Virus record (IMG/VR): IMGVR_UViG_3300045996_004119
Coordinates: 32,001 to 96,000 of that record
DNA length: 64,000 bases
Source: a virus
Strand: one strand, 5' to 3'
Shown here: in pieces, positions 16,595 to 25,076 of the stretch
Numbering within the stretch: the stretch's first letter is position 1
Layout of the letters: every line of letters starts with the position of its first letter
Position numbers and translations under genes: made by a program
Notes under the pieces: generated by a model
Told to the model about the DNA's origin: nothing
What the model saw: the letters and a program-made list of their open reading frames with translations, nothing else
The model's database searches: none

Positions 16595-17064
16595 ACGAGT
16601 ACGGGAAGGGCTTGAAGGCGGCCACGTCGATGTTCGGCGCGTCGAACGCGCACCAGATGGCGCAGCACCTCCTCAGCCAGGCGCGCGAGGACGTGGCGAC
16701 GCCGGCCGAGGCCGAGGGCTTCGCCATGGGCCTCAAGATGGTCGCGAACGAGATCAACCGGATCGCGCGGCAGGCCCGGGAGCGCGCCGGGGAGCAGATC
16801 GACCCGAGGCCGATGTCCGGCGACCGCGTGGCGCAGCACCGGCACATGTACGGGCCGGATGGGTTGCAGGTCGAGTGGCGCGAGACGGTGGGCGAGATCC
16901 TGGCCGTCGAGAGGCGCACAGAGGCGCTCGGCGGCTGGGTCGCGCTGGTGTTCTGGCCGGATCTGCGGGGACGGGAGCGGCTTCAGGCGCACGAGGCGTT
17001 CGACTTCGGCGAGCACGCGGGGCCAACGCGGGTCCGGATCGTCGAGGAGGTGGAAGGTGGCTGA
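16591..17064 (+). CDS. Hypothetical protein
   Basis: Coupled ORF with high GC3. Confidence 0.65.
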   Translation: MNEYGKGLKAATSMFGASNAHQMAQHLLSQAREDVATPAEAEGFAMGLKMVANEINRIARQARERAGEQIDPRPMSGDRVAQHRHMYGPDGLQVEWRETVGEILAVERRTEALGGWVALVFWPDLRGRERLQAHEAFDFGEHAGPTRVRIVEEVEGG

Positions 17065-17479
17065 GCGCGGGTTCGAGATCCCGGCGGAGGACGTCGAGGC
17101 GGCGCTGGGTCGGGGCGTGCTGAGGGGACTGACCAAGCGGGCCACGGCGGAGCCCGATGGGAAGCCGACCGAGGAGAGTGATGGCCGACCGCCGAACGGA
17201 TGGCTGGAGGCGAGGCGCGAATACGAGGCCGGTCGTCCGCCCTGCGGCATGGAGCCGCACCCCGACGTCGTGACGGCGCTCGCGAATGCTGTCGTTGCGC
17301 GGTGGGAGGTCGCCGGGATGACCTGGAACGGCGACCGGAACCTGCCGCAGCCAGCGACGGAGGGCCCTACGCCGATCTGCTACGCGAACACGTGGGTCGC
17401 TCGGGCCATCCGTAGGGGCGTGCGGTACGAGCTGGATGGGTCGGGTCTGCCGAGGCCGTCTGGAGGTGCTTGTGGGTAG
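17057..17479 (+). CDS. Hypothetical protein
   Basis: GTG start after GGAGG, 3' part of ORF 16859..17479. Confidence 0.55.
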   Translation: MAERGFEIPAEDVEAALGRGVLRGLTKRATAEPDGKPTEESDGRPPNGWLEARREYEAGRPPCGMEPHPDVVTALANAVVARWEVAGMTWNGDRNLPQPATEGPTPICYANTWVARAIRRGVRYELDGSGLPRPSGGACG

Positions 17480-17533
17480 CCCGTGCTGCGCGGTGGGAGC
17501 CAGGCCGGACGCGGCGGAGAAGGAGCAGGGCCG

Positions 17534-18184
17534 ATGAGCCGTCAGACCAAGAAGCGCGAAGCTGCGGGGGTCGTGTACTTCATCCGGGAGAAAGGGACCG
17601 GCTGCATCAAGATCGGTAAGACGACCGACGTGCGCGGACGAATCAAGGGTCTCCAGACCGGTTCTCCGCAGGGCCTCCAGCTCTTGGCCGTCGTGCCAGG
17701 GTACACGGAGGTCGAGGAGCGGCTCCACCGCCGGTTCGCAGCCGATCGCGTCAGCGGGGAGTGGTTCCGGCCATCGTCAGAGCTCCTGGCCTTCATTGAC
17801 GGTGTGGTGGCAGCCGGACATGCCGCCGATCTGGTCGTCGCAGCGGCGGAGGTGGCTGGTCTGAAGGCCCAACTCGCAGAGATGCGAGAGGAACTCTCGT
17901 GGCATCAGCGCGCCGAGAAGATGTTCGACGTGTCGCACAGAGGAATGGTGGCGGATGCGCTCGAAGTGGTGCGAGCGCAACGCGAGGCCGATGAAGTGGC
18001 GGAGCTTGGGCGACTGGACGACGAACTCGAGCGCCAGGCCGGAGGGGAAACGGCCCCGGCTACCGAGCGACGCCCGGGCGCAGAGATGAGCGAGCCCAAC
18101 CCGCTGTTTGGGTACTTCAGGACTGCGCTCCGGCAGGCCATGGAGAAGCAGGCAGCCAAGCACGCTGGAGTAGTTGTCGGATAA
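17534..18184 (+). CDS. T5orf172/GIY-YIG (MUG113-like) domain protein
   Basis: VYFIRE...IKIGKT.D...R...LQTGSP..L.LL....G....E..LHRRF...RV.GEWF. Confidence 0.85.
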   Translation: MSRQTKKREAAGVVYFIREKGTGCIKIGKTTDVRGRIKGLQTGSPQGLQLLAVVPGYTEVEERLHRRFAADRVSGEWFRPSSELLAFIDGVVAAGHAADLVVAAAEVAGLKAQLAEMREELSWHQRAEKMFDVSHRGMVADALEVVRAQREADEVAELGRLDDELERQAGGETAPATERRPGAEMSEPNPLFGYFRTALRQAMEKQAAKHAGVVVG

Positions 18185-18185
18185 T

Positions 18186-18875
18186 ATGGGCCGCCAGTGC
18201 ACAGTGTGCGAGCACCCGCAGCGCAAGGCGATCGAGAAGCTGCTCGTCGACCCGTCGTCATCGAACCGGCGCGTAGCGGCGCAGCACGGGCTCGCGGAAG
18301 CGAGCGTAAGGAGACACAAAAGCGACCACATGCCGATCCTGCTGACGCAGGTGGCCGGGTCGATTCCGACGCAATCGACGCAGCAAGCGGCGCAAACTGA
18401 CGCGGGTCCGGAGGCTGCCGCGACGCCCCAGGTTCAGGCGGCCGGGCCGACCCCGACAGCCCCGAACCTGCGTGGGCTGCACACCAGGAGGGACGTCGAG
18501 CACGCCGACCGGCTAGTGGAGGAGGTGAAGGGGCTCCAGGCGCGCGCCCTCACAGCTCTCGGGAACGCGGAACTGACCGAGGACTGGAAGGCGGTCGCCG
18601 GGCTCATCGGCCAGGCCCGCGGCTGCCTCGAGCTACAGGCCAAGCTGCTCGGCAAGCTGGGCCCGCAGGTCCAGGTGAATCTCCTCCAAGCGCCTCCAGT
18701 GGTAGACTTCGCCGTCGCAGCGGCGACTTTCTTGGAGGCCCTCTGCCCGGAGCACGCCGAGGTGGTCGATGCCTGGCTCGCCGCGGTGGACAAGGATGTC
18801 GACGGCGCCCGGAGCGATCCGGCCGGGTGGCTCGAGCGGCGTCGAGCCGTGGTCACCGTCGAGCCGGAGCGGTGA
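18186..18875 (+). CDS. Zn/HTH DNA-binding protein, candidate terminase small subunit
   Basis: MGRQCTVCEHPQR..IE..L...S.RRVA..HGL....VRRHK.DH N-terminus followed by coiled coil; upstream of terL. Confidence 0.55.
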   Translation: MGRQCTVCEHPQRKAIEKLLVDPSSSNRRVAAQHGLAEASVRRHKSDHMPILLTQVAGSIPTQSTQQAAQTDAGPEAAATPQVQAAGPTPTAPNLRGLHTRRDVEHADRLVEEVKGLQARALTALGNAELTEDWKAVAGLIGQARGCLELQAKLLGKLGPQVQVNLLQAPPVVDFAVAAATFLEALCPEHAEVVDAWLAAVDKDVDGARSDPAGWLERRRAVVTVEPER

Positions 18876-18987
18876 GGGTGGCGCCAGCAGGGACGGGGGT
18901 AGTAGGGTGTTGAGCGTGGATCGGTGTCAAGAGAAATCGACATGGCCCAGGAAGGTGCGCCGCGGGGCGGAGGCACGAGGAGAGGTG

Positions 18988-19221
18988 ATGGAGTTCTTCG
19001 TTGGTTCGCTGTTCGGCTTCGTGCTGGCCTTCGTGGCCATCCGGTTCAACGACCGCCGCGTGGACCGCGATATCGAGGCACGCCTGATGGCACTCGATCG
19101 AGAGCGCATCCGGCGCATTTTCCGGCGCCACGTAACGCCGTGCCACCGGTGCTCAGGGCGTGGGTTCGATGCGTTCAACGAAGAGGCCGCGGTGCGAGAC
19201 CCGGAGTGGGCCGAGCGATGA
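18988..19221 (+). CDS. Small membrane protein with C-terminal CxxCxGxG
   Basis: GAGG RBS; N-terminal TM FFVGSLFGFVLAFVAI; CHRCSGRG. Confidence 0.6.
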   Translation: MEFFVGSLFGFVLAFVAIRFNDRRVDRDIEARLMALDRERIRRIFRRHVTPCHRCSGRGFDAFNEEAAVRDPEWAER

Positions 19222-19409
19222 CGACCAGCGACAAACGATGGGAGCCGGGAGCCGCCTGGGAGCTCTTCGGGGAGCGGCACGTACTCGCGAAGACGTCGTA
19301 CGCGTTCGGCCTGCCATGGGCGCATTTTCCCGGCATGACACTGGCGGTGGAACTGGGCGAGATGACGCCGGCGAGCGGATGGCGGTACCTAGAACACCAA
19401 TCATGTTGA
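19218..19409 (+). CDS. 63-aa protein, paralog of a module in the 11061-14630 protein
   Basis: RWEPGAAWELFGER...MTPASGWRY versus RWRPGAVWERIGER...MTERNGWRY. Confidence 0.65.
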   Translation: MTTSDKRWEPGAAWELFGERHVLAKTSYAFGLPWAHFPGMTLAVELGEMTPASGWRYLEHQSC

Positions 19410-19541
19410 AACCCGGAGAATTTTCACAGGGAGGCGAGGAGGCGGGGAGGAAGAAGAAAATGAATTTCTCCCTCTTGCCGTCTCTCGCTCCCCGCCTCCC
19501 CGTCTCCCTGTGAAATTCCTGCTTTTTCTCGGGGTTTCAAC
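19405..19541. repeat. About 137-bp imperfect inverted repeat (long hairpin, REP/MITE-like)
   Basis: Left arm GTTGAAACCCGGAGAA-TTTTCACAGGGAGGCGAGGAGGCGGGGAG pairs with right arm CTCCCCGCCTCCCCGTCTCCCTGTGAAAT...TTCTCGGGGTTTCAAC. Confidence 0.85.
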
Positions 19542-19619
19542 CCGTTTGTCGCTCTAGGTGACGGCGTTGCCACAGAGTCGGAGCAGGCGATCATCAAACC
19601 TTGATGCACTGCTCGCCCG

Positions 19620-19647
19620 TTGCGCCTCCAAAATTTGGAGGTATGCT
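19620..19647 (+). promoter_or_regulatory. Sigma70-type promoter with a 17-bp palindromic operator in the spacer
   Basis: TTGCGC (19620-25), 16 nt, TATGCT (19642-47); CCTCCAAA-A-TTTGGAGG (19625-41); ATG 7 nt after the -10. Confidence 0.6.
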
Positions 19648-19653
19648 CCGGGC

Positions 19654-19836
19654 ATGAACCCGTTCGCCTGCCCGCACATCGAGGACATGGCGTCGCTGTG
19701 CCGGCGCGCAGAGGCCGCGCGACGCATGCGCACCGAGGCGTTCGCGAAGGTGCGCCAGGGTCGCTGGGACCTGCTGACGCCCGAGGAGCACGGCTGGGTT
19801 GTTGCCGCGCTGGCGACGGAGTGCCCGGACGCTTGA
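19654..19836 (+). CDS. 60-aa hypothetical protein, probably leaderless
   Basis: ATG at predicted transcription start; 3' part of ORF 19558..19836. Confidence 0.55.
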   Translation: MNPFACPHIEDMASLCRRAEAARRMRTEAFAKVRQGRWDLLTPEEHGWVVAALATECPDA

Positions 19837-19840
19837 TCGG

Positions 19841-20254
19841 GTGGACGTCCCTGTCTCAGCCAAGGCGGCGCTCCTCCAGGAGCTCTCTCGTGGGCCAGGC
19901 GTCGCGTACGAGCTGGCCAGGCGCTTGCGCCACGCGACCGGCGGCGCGCTCGCGCTCCGGGAGGCGAGCCTCTACGCGGCGCTGCGAGCGCTCGAGGACG
20001 AGCGGGAGGGGCTCGTGACCTCGACGGAGGAGCCGCCGGCGCGGGCCGGTGCGAAGCCGCGCCGGGTCTACCAGCTTACGCCGAAGGGGCAGCAGGTGGT
20101 CCAGGAACACCGGGCCGTGGTGGCGGCGGTGTTCTTCGAGCTCAAGGCGCCAGCGGTGGAAGCACGCCGTCCTGAGACAGCTGCGGCGCCCGCGCCCGCC
20201 GAACGCTGGGTGGAGCCGGACGGCACAGAGGCAGGCGAGGTGCAGGATGGGTGA
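19841..20254 (+). CDS. PadR-family transcriptional regulator
   Basis: LLQEL..GPG.AYELARRL......L.EASLY.AL..LE...LV......GA.PRRVYQLTPKG. Confidence 0.88.
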   Translation: MDVPVSAKAALLQELSRGPGVAYELARRLRHATGGALALREASLYAALRALEDEREGLVTSTEEPPARAGAKPRRVYQLTPKGQQVVQEHRAVVAAVFFELKAPAVEARRPETAAAPAPAERWVEPDGTEAGEVQDG

Positions 20255-20448
20255 GCCGACGATGGCTGACGGATCGTTCCAGGGGTGCCTGAAGGTGGGG
20301 CACGACGCCCGGTGTGTACCCGATGCGGCCGGATGGCCCTGATCGTCCACCCGAGCTTGGTCGACGATACGTACGCCAGCGGATACGCGACGCTGCCTAC
20401 AGTACTGCTGCCGGAAGAGCCGTAGAGGCGATCGCTGGGTGGTGAGAG

Positions 20449-21645
20449 ATGGCGATGACAGCGAAGAAGGAGACGGGATTGAGCCTACTTGAGATCGACC
20501 AGAGAGCGATGCTCTCGCTATTCCGGTTCGGGACGGAGCTCCTAGGTAAACTGCCGGCTCGAGGCGACGGGCCGCTGGCCGTGGCGGTGAAGCTGCTGGC
20601 CATCGGCGATGCGTGGGACGGCGTCTACGGTGGCAAGTCGAGCGTCTACACCAGCATCTTCAGCCGCTACAGCCTCAAGGAGCGCACGAGCGAGCCGTTC
20701 GTGAGGCTCTTCTTCGGCACGAACCTCGGCTCGACGTACAAGCTGCGCCGGATCGGGGTCTCGGAACACCTCGAGATGATTGAGGCGGTGGCGCCCGACG
20801 GCGAGCGACTCTTCTTCCAGGAGCACCGCTACGGCCGCCCGGAGGTGTCCGCCGAGTTCTTCCACACGCCGGACTTCAACTTCGGTGAGGCGATGTCGGT
20901 GCTCTGGGACCGGTACCGCGACGGGCTCTACCTCTCGCTCGTCCCGGGCCGCGGCGGCTGGGGGCACGAGGTGACGTTCTGCGGGCTCTCGCCGGACGCA
21001 ACGGCATGCCGGAGCCGGAAGGCGACCGCGCGCATCACCGAGCTCGCCGACAGCCTCCTCGAGGCCCCGCGCACGCTCCTGCTCTACGGACCTCCCGGGA
21101 CCGGGAAGACGAGCATGGTGATGGCCGTCGCGCGGCTCTGCGGTGGGCGGCTGCTCAAGATCGACGCGGCGAGCCTGCCGCAGATCGGGGTCCAGGAGCT
21201 CGGGTTTCTGATCGACGCGCTGCGGCCGCAGTTCCTACTGGTCGACGACTTCGACCGGGCCCCGGTGGAGGAGGTGCGCGCCCGCGTGCTCTTCCTCTTC
21301 GAGCGGCTCAAGGCTGCGGGCCCGAGCGTCTTCGTCACCGTGAACGACGTGGCGAAGCTCGACCCGGCCCTGCTCCGGAGCGGGCGCATCGACGCGGCGA
21401 TCGAGCTCGGGTTGCCGGACGCCGAGGAGCGCGCCGACATCCTGGGGCGCCTCGGGCTCGGCACCGATCTGGTCGCGGCGACCGACGGCTTCAATCACGC
21501 CGACCTCGATGCGCTGGCGGAGAAGGCGAGGTCGGCCCCGGTGGACGCGGTGCTCGCCGGGATGCAGCGGCTGCGCGCGCTGGCGCAGCAGGCTGCTGCC
21601 GCGGCGGGCGGCCCGGCGGAGGTGAAGAGTGCCGCCCCCTCGTGA
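20449..21645 (+). CDS. AAA+ ATPase with unknown N-terminal domain
   Basis: Walker A GPPGTGKT, Walker B LLVDDFD, sensor TVN, LDPALLRSGRID second region of homology. Confidence 0.9.
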   Translation: MAMTAKKETGLSLLEIDQRAMLSLFRFGTELLGKLPARGDGPLAVAVKLLAIGDAWDGVYGGKSSVYTSIFSRYSLKERTSEPFVRLFFGTNLGSTYKLRRIGVSEHLEMIEAVAPDGERLFFQEHRYGRPEVSAEFFHTPDFNFGEAMSVLWDRYRDGLYLSLVPGRGGWGHEVTFCGLSPDATACRSRKATARITELADSLLEAPRTLLLYGPPGTGKTSMVMAVARLCGGRLLKIDAASLPQIGVQELGFLIDALRPQFLLVDDFDRAPVEEVRARVLFLFERLKAAGPSVFVTVNDVAKLDPALLRSGRIDAAIELGLPDAEERADILGRLGLGTDLVAATDGFNHADLDALAEKARSAPVDAVLAGMQRLRALAQQAAAAAGGPAEVKSAAPS

Positions 21646-21676
21646 GCTTGTCGGGCTCTTCTACCGCGTGCGCGGG

Positions 21677-21886
21677 ATGGCTCGCGTGCGTGTCGGCGGC
21701 CCGATGGTCCACGTGGTGGCCTTTGGCCAGCGAGGGGAGGTTGCTGGCCAGGCTCCGGACAGGTCGGACAACGCCACGCCGTACACCAGCCCCGTCAAGG
21801 CGCGCCGGATCGCGAGGCTGCTGAGGCGGGATGGAGTGGAGAGCGTGCGCATCTGTCGGGTGAGGGTGTGGCGGAGGCGGGCGTGA
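21677..21886 (+). CDS. Small basic hypothetical protein (start uncertain)
   Basis: High-GC3 frame filling the gap, GTGA coupling to next gene. Confidence 0.45.
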   Translation: MARVRVGGPMVHVVAFGQRGEVAGQAPDRSDNATPYTSPVKARRIARLLRRDGVESVRICRVRVWRRRA

Positions 21887-22140
21887 CGGCGCGCACGCCG
21901 CTCGACGTGGAGATCGACCGCGTGACGGCGGCGGTGCGGCGTGCGGCGGAGGCACTCGACGCTCTGCGCTCCGAGGCTGCCGGTGGATGCTGCCCGGACT
22001 GCGTGCTCGGGGGTCGGTACACGGTTCCGGCAGAGGCGCAGACGCGGCGGCGCGCGTGGCTCGTGGTGCTGCTCGGGAAGCGCGGGGCTGCCGGCGACGC
22101 CGATCTGGCACGCTCCGTCGAGTGGGGGACATGGCCGTGA
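21883..22140 (+). CDS. Small hypothetical protein with CCPDC
   Basis: GGAGG upstream, coupled at both ends. Confidence 0.5.
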   Translation: MTARTPLDVEIDRVTAAVRRAAEALDALRSEAAGGCCPDCVLGGRYTVPAEAQTRRRAWLVVLLGKRGAAGDADLARSVEWGTWP

Positions 22141-23741
22141 CCGGCGAGCCCGCGGGCCTCGGCGAGCTCGTGCTGCGGAAGCGGCGCGAGATGGCGGCGC
22201 GCACCAAGGCGCTGCCGACGTGGACGCCGCAGCCCGGGCCGCAGCGCGCGTTCATCGAGAGCACGGCGCGGGAGATCCTGTACGGCGGCGCGGCCGGTGG
22301 CGGAAAAACTTCCGGGTTGGCCGCGCTCCCGCTGCCGTGGGCACGCCGGCGCGAACTCGTATGCCTCTACCTCCGCCGCACCAACCCTGAACTCGAGGAC
22401 CTGAAGCGCAAGGCCGAGCAGATCTACCAGCTCGGGAAGGATGGGAAGTTCGCGCCCGCGTGCCCGGAAGCGACATTCCGCGAGGACAAGGGCACCTGGA
22501 CCTTCCGCTGGGGCAAGGATGTCGGGGCCACGGCGATCTTTGGTCACTGCAACGACAAGGACGATTGGAAGCGTTACGTCGGGCATGAGTACCAGATCAT
22601 TTGTTTCGACGAGCTGACCTGGTTCACCGAAGAGCAGTACGACGAGATCTGCAAGCGGCTCCGGTCGAGCGCTGGCGGCCTGCCGCGCATGATCCGGGCG
22701 ACGAGCAATCCGGGCGGACCGGGGCACGCTTTCGTTTTTAGGCGCTGGGGACCGTGGCTCGATCCGGAGTTCGCGATGCCGGACGAGGAGATCGAGTGGT
22801 TCGACTCCGATGGCGCACGGCGAGTCGCCGTCATCCGCGGTCTGCCCACCCGCATCGAGAACGGCCGCCGTGTGCCGCCGGCCAAGTCCGGCCAGGTCCT
22901 CTACGTCGCCAAGATCAAGGACCGAGAGGTCTTCTCGACTGAGCCGTTCGAGTTCGACGGCGCCGACGCGCTGACCCGCACGTTCATCGGCGCGAAGCTG
23001 AGCGACAACCCGGAACTCCTGAAGGAGGACCCGAACTACCGGGCCGCCCTGCGCCAAGGCTCCGAGCTCCGGCGCCGTCAACTCGAGGACGGCGACTGGC
23101 TCGCGAAGCCGGCGGCGGGGATGTACTTCAAGCGCGAGTGGTTCAAGCTCGTCGAGCCGGACGAGGTGCCGGAAAAGCTAGTTTGCTGCCGGTCGTGGGA
23201 CAAGGCAGCGACCGAGCCGCACCCGAAGAATACCGACCCGGACTGGACGCGCGGGCTCAAGGGCGGCAAGTGCGCCGACGGATTCTACTGGTTGCTCGAC
23301 CTGAAGAGCCTGCGGAGCAACCCCGGCGACGTCACGGCGCTCATCAAGGACACCGCCGAGGAGGACGGCCAAGAGGTTCGCATCACCGTGCCGCAAGACC
23401 CGGGCGCCGCGGGGGTGCAAGCGTCCGCCAGCGACGTGCAGGCGCTCGAGGGCTACATCGTCACGGCGAAGAAGGCCTCGGCCAACAAGGCGGCGCGCGC
23501 CGAGCCAGCGGCGAAACAGGCGCACCCGCAGTCGACCGGCGGCATGCACGGGCGCTTCCGCATGGTCCTGGCGCCGTGGACCGAGACCGTGCTCTCGGAG
23601 TTCGAGAGCTTCGACGGGGCCGACAACAACGGAGAGCACGACGACATCGTGGATGCGCTCTCCGACCTCTACGACGAGCTCAAGGGCGTCGACCTCGACG
23701 AGGACTGGAAGCCGATCAAGGCCGGCAGGCGCAGATGGTGA
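22131..23741 (+). CDS. terL: Terminase large subunit
   Basis: PQPGPQ..F, LYGGAAGGGKT Walker A, ICFDELT Walker B, RATSNPGGPGH, C-terminal nuclease SWDKAA...DWT, EGQDPG-like and HDDIVDALS. Confidence 0.95.
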   Translation: MAVTGEPAGLGELVLRKRREMAARTKALPTWTPQPGPQRAFIESTAREILYGGAAGGGKTSGLAALPLPWARRRELVCLYLRRTNPELEDLKRKAEQIYQLGKDGKFAPACPEATFREDKGTWTFRWGKDVGATAIFGHCNDKDDWKRYVGHEYQIICFDELTWFTEEQYDEICKRLRSSAGGLPRMIRATSNPGGPGHAFVFRRWGPWLDPEFAMPDEEIEWFDSDGARRVAVIRGLPTRIENGRRVPPAKSGQVLYVAKIKDREVFSTEPFEFDGADALTRTFIGAKLSDNPELLKEDPNYRAALRQGSELRRRQLEDGDWLAKPAAGMYFKREWFKLVEPDEVPEKLVCCRSWDKAATEPHPKNTDPDWTRGLKGGKCADGFYWLLDLKSLRSNPGDVTALIKDTAEEDGQEVRITVPQDPGAAGVQASASDVQALEGYIVTAKKASANKAARAEPAAKQAHPQSTGGMHGRFRMVLAPWTETVLSEFESFDGADNNGEHDDIVDALSDLYDELKGVDLDEDWKPIKAGRRRW

Positions 23742-23769
23742 GTCGTGCTATGATTGCGGTGGAGGCGTG

Positions 23770-23985
23770 ATGCTGTCTCGGCTGTTCCAGTGGGCCTACT
23801 ACAGCGCGACCGGGGATTGCTGGTCGCAGGTGCAGCGGGACATCGGCATCCTGCCGACGCTCCGCTGGGTGGTGACCGGCAAAGAGGATGATGAGGCGCG
23901 TGCCTTCCCGCCCTTCCACGAGGCGGTTCTGCGGGGGATGCGCGAAGCCGAGAATGAGCGCGCGGAGAGGGCGCAGGGGGCGTGA
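23770..23985 (+). CDS. Small hypothetical protein
   Basis: GGAGG RBS, coupled stop. Confidence 0.55.
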   Translation: MLSRLFQWAYYSATGDCWSQVQRDIGILPTLRWVVTGKEDDEARAFPPFHEAVLRGMREAENERAERAQGA

Positions 23986-24212
23986 TGGCGGCGCCCCGCA
24001 CGGCTCTGCCCCTCCTCGGTCCGTGGGCGCCGCAGCTTTTGCCGATTACCATCACATACCACGATGGCCGCACCGAGCACGTGACCGAGGAGGAACTCCG
24101 CGCCCGCTTCGGGGCGCACGTGGCCGGGCCGACCGCTCGGTACACCTGCCTCGAATGGGTGGACCGGGCGCTTGCGGCGCGGTGTCTGGCTGACGCCTGG
24201 AGGCCCTCGTGA
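23982..24212 (+). CDS. Small hypothetical protein
   Basis: GTGA coupling at both ends. Confidence 0.55.
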   Translation: MMAAPRTALPLLGPWAPQLLPITITYHDGRTEHVTEEELRARFGAHVAGPTARYTCLEWVDRALAARCLADAWRPS

Positions 24213-24448
24213 CCGCTCGGGTAGTACCCAGAATCCTCGCGACGGAGCAAGACTTTGCCGAGGCGGCGGACGCCGTGTCTGGCGCGCGCATCGACTTCGG
24301 CGCCTTCTCCGACGCAGAGCTCCGCGCCCTGTGCGACCAGCAGCGCCTGACCGCGGCAGCCGACTACGACCGCAGGACCGCGGCGCGCATGGCGTACCTG
24401 GGCAGGCTGTGCACGAGGCCCGCTGGCCCGAAGGAGCAGCGCCCGTGA
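24209..24448 (+). CDS. Small hypothetical protein
   Basis: GTGA coupling at both ends. Confidence 0.55.
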   Translation: MTARVVPRILATEQDFAEAADAVSGARIDFGAFSDAELRALCDQQRLTAAADYDRRTAARMAYLGRLCTRPAGPKEQRP

Positions 24449-24882
24449 CCGCCTCCCGGACCGACAACCCGCCCGACGACTGCGACGCACCCGAGCGCCA
24501 CACTGACGGCGGTGCGTGCGTGAGGCCGGGGGATGAGCCGACGACGTGGGACACGCTGACATTGGGCGGCGTGCGCTTCCCAGCGGCAGGCGACGAGGTG
24601 ACCGTGTGCCGGCACCTCGGCGAGCAACTGCGGCAGATGTCCGAGGCCGTGTTGCCGATCGGCGCGACGCTGAGGATTCTCTCGCCCGTGGACGTCGCGC
24701 CGGAGCACTGCCCGCTCTGCATCGAGGCGTTGAGGTTGGATCGCCGGTTGCGCGGGGATCGGTGCCCGGTGCACGACGCTGGTCGCGCCTTCGAGGTCTA
24801 CCAGGAGGCGGTTCGCGATGCCGAGGAGAGCGACGACGAACTCAGGGCGCGACTCAAGGTCCGCATCGGAGGCGAGCGATGA
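24445..24882 (+). CDS. Hypothetical protein with C..H/CPLC/CPVH possible Zn ligands
   Basis: AAGGAG RBS, GTGA coupling. Confidence 0.55.
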   Translation: MTASRTDNPPDDCDAPERHTDGGACVRPGDEPTTWDTLTLGGVRFPAAGDEVTVCRHLGEQLRQMSEAVLPIGATLRILSPVDVAPEHCPLCIEALRLDRRLRGDRCPVHDAGRAFEVYQEAVRDAEESDDELRARLKVRIGGER

Positions 24883-25076
24883 AGAGCGGGGTCGAGATGA
24901 AGCTGGTGCTCAAGAACCATCCGGCGCCGTTTGCAGGGATGCCGGCTCAGGCTGAGGATGTGCCGGGGGACGAGCGCCTCATGCCGGGAGCCCCGGTGCT
25001 ACTCGTGGAGTGCGAGGACGCGTCGCTCAACGGCGTGTGGCTCCTCTCCGACGGGCCGTGGACGAGGGCGCTGTGA
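24879..25076 (+). CDS. 65-aa protein, truncated paralog of the fibre/decoration domain in 37652 and 52546 genes
   Basis: GAPVLLVECEDASLNGVWLLSDGPWTRA versus GDVILLKDQTDASENGLY and QDEVLCVGQSSGAQNGIWVVTAGAWTRR. Confidence 0.55.
   Translation: MKSGVEMKLVLKNHPAPFAGMPAQAEDVPGDERLMPGAPVLLVECEDASLNGVWLLSDGPWTRAL

Noticed and set aside
18895-18930. TTGACA on the minus strand at 18930-18925 as a promoter
   Set aside because: No acceptable -10 hexamer at 16-18 nt and no clear downstream minus-strand gene
19405-19541. GTTGAAAC/GTTTCAAC ends resembling CRISPR repeat termini (mini-array or solitary repeat)
   Set aside because: Only 8-10 nt match, arranged as an inverted pair rather than direct repeats with spacers; no full repeat unit and no cas genes
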